NCBI GenBank assembly: GCA_013239625.1
Contig: MU053487.1
Span: forward strand, 763,058-827,057
Source of the DNA: Lama guanicoe
Taxonomy: Eukaryota
Direction: 5' to 3'
DNA: 64,000 nucleotides
Of the stretch, positions 63,111 through 64,000 are shown one piece after another. The notes beneath the pieces were generated by a model that made no database searches, was not told where the DNA came from, and was given only the letters and a program-made list of their open reading frames with translations. How positions within the stretch are numbered: position 1 is the stretch's first letter; each line of letters begins with the position of its first letter. The position numbers were made by a program, and so were the translations under genes.

Positions 63111-64000
63111 TCATGACCCACTCACCTTTGGTTGGCTCTGCCGGGATGCTTTTGTTTCACAGCCATGGGCACTGGTCACCCATTCTGTTTTGTTTCTACT
63201 CAAATACCACCTCCTCAGAGAGCTTATCTTTGAGCATTTAAAATAAAATAGTGCTCCTATTCCCTGTCTTCCTGACTCTGCCTCCCTCAACCTATTTTAT
63301 TTTCCTTCATAATACTCATCACTGTCTGATATTACATGCTTATTTATTTATCTGTTTCCTCTGACCTCTATGTAAGCTTCCTGAGGAAGGGTTTCTTTTT
63401 CTTTTTTTCATGCTGTGTGTCCAGTGCCTAGAACAGTGTCTGTCACGTAGAAGTGGTTCAATAAGTATTTGTTAAGTAAACAAGTGAATGAGTGCTCTAG
63501 AAAGCTTTCTACAACATTCTTGTAAATTCTCTCTAGCGTTTGTGCAATTATTTATTTTGATGCTCTAGGAGGAGTTGCAAGGAAATGTACCATAACCGAC
63601 AGTTTGAAAGTTGAGTTTGTCCATCACCTCTCTCTTGTCATCCATTGGAAGCTTCTTATTCTGGGGAAGGAGCTGGTTAGGGCAGAGGGACCACAAACCC
63701 AGGAAACGTGTGGAGTGCTGGCTTCTTTCTCTCTTTTTGTAAATATCCTGAGGGTTACTTTATAAAGTCATTCTCTGGGAAGGGGAAAGTGCCTCCTGCA
63801 GGCAACTGAACCCCAACAGTTTCCTGATGACCTTCTGGGCCGACTTGCACTTTTTACAGCATCACAGAGGAGAATCTCCTAGTTATGATGCTACTTTGCA
63901 AAACTAGAAATAAAATTTGAAACCAAACTATTTTACAAGTTTACCCTCTTGACTCATGTATTTAGTCAGATTCTTCACTGCTTCCTTAGTTTGCCTCTGT

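Larger units (their letters stand above)
60985..63495 (+). mobile_element. L2 LINE 3' region split by the provirus at 61629-63110
   Basis: tccagctgcctattt..atctcaaaacttaatatatcccaaatcaaactc..aaaaccctccaatggct; 3' end ccagtgcctagaacagtg..caataagtatttgttaag. Confidence 0.85.

Overview
Mammalian non-coding DNA (intronic or intergenic). I cannot support any protein-coding exon or functional RNA gene; the only ORFs with recognisable homology are decayed LINE-1 fragments. Four tRNA-Ala-derived SINEs resembling the camelid Vic-1 family, with no Alu, B1, Bov-tA or PRE-1 seen, suggest a camelid genome (inference). The window is mostly fossil transposons: L1, L2, MIR, MaLR/ERVL LTRs, hAT and Mariner MITEs, and a probable CR1/L3 remnant. 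Notable items: (1) an antisense copy of exactly the 37-nt 5' exon of intron-containing tRNA-Arg(TCT), inserted in a SINE that is itself inside an L1 5'UTR; (2) a SINE-head/L1-tail chimera within one degenerate target-site duplication (TSD); (3) a 1.48-kb non-coding two-LTR provirus with PBS, PPT and an internal 40-bp tandem array; (4) several repeat-poor, motif-dense candidate enhancers. I found no evidence of a new multi-gene system. Repeat family names come from recalled consensus sequences, not from a search, and boundaries of old elements are approximate.
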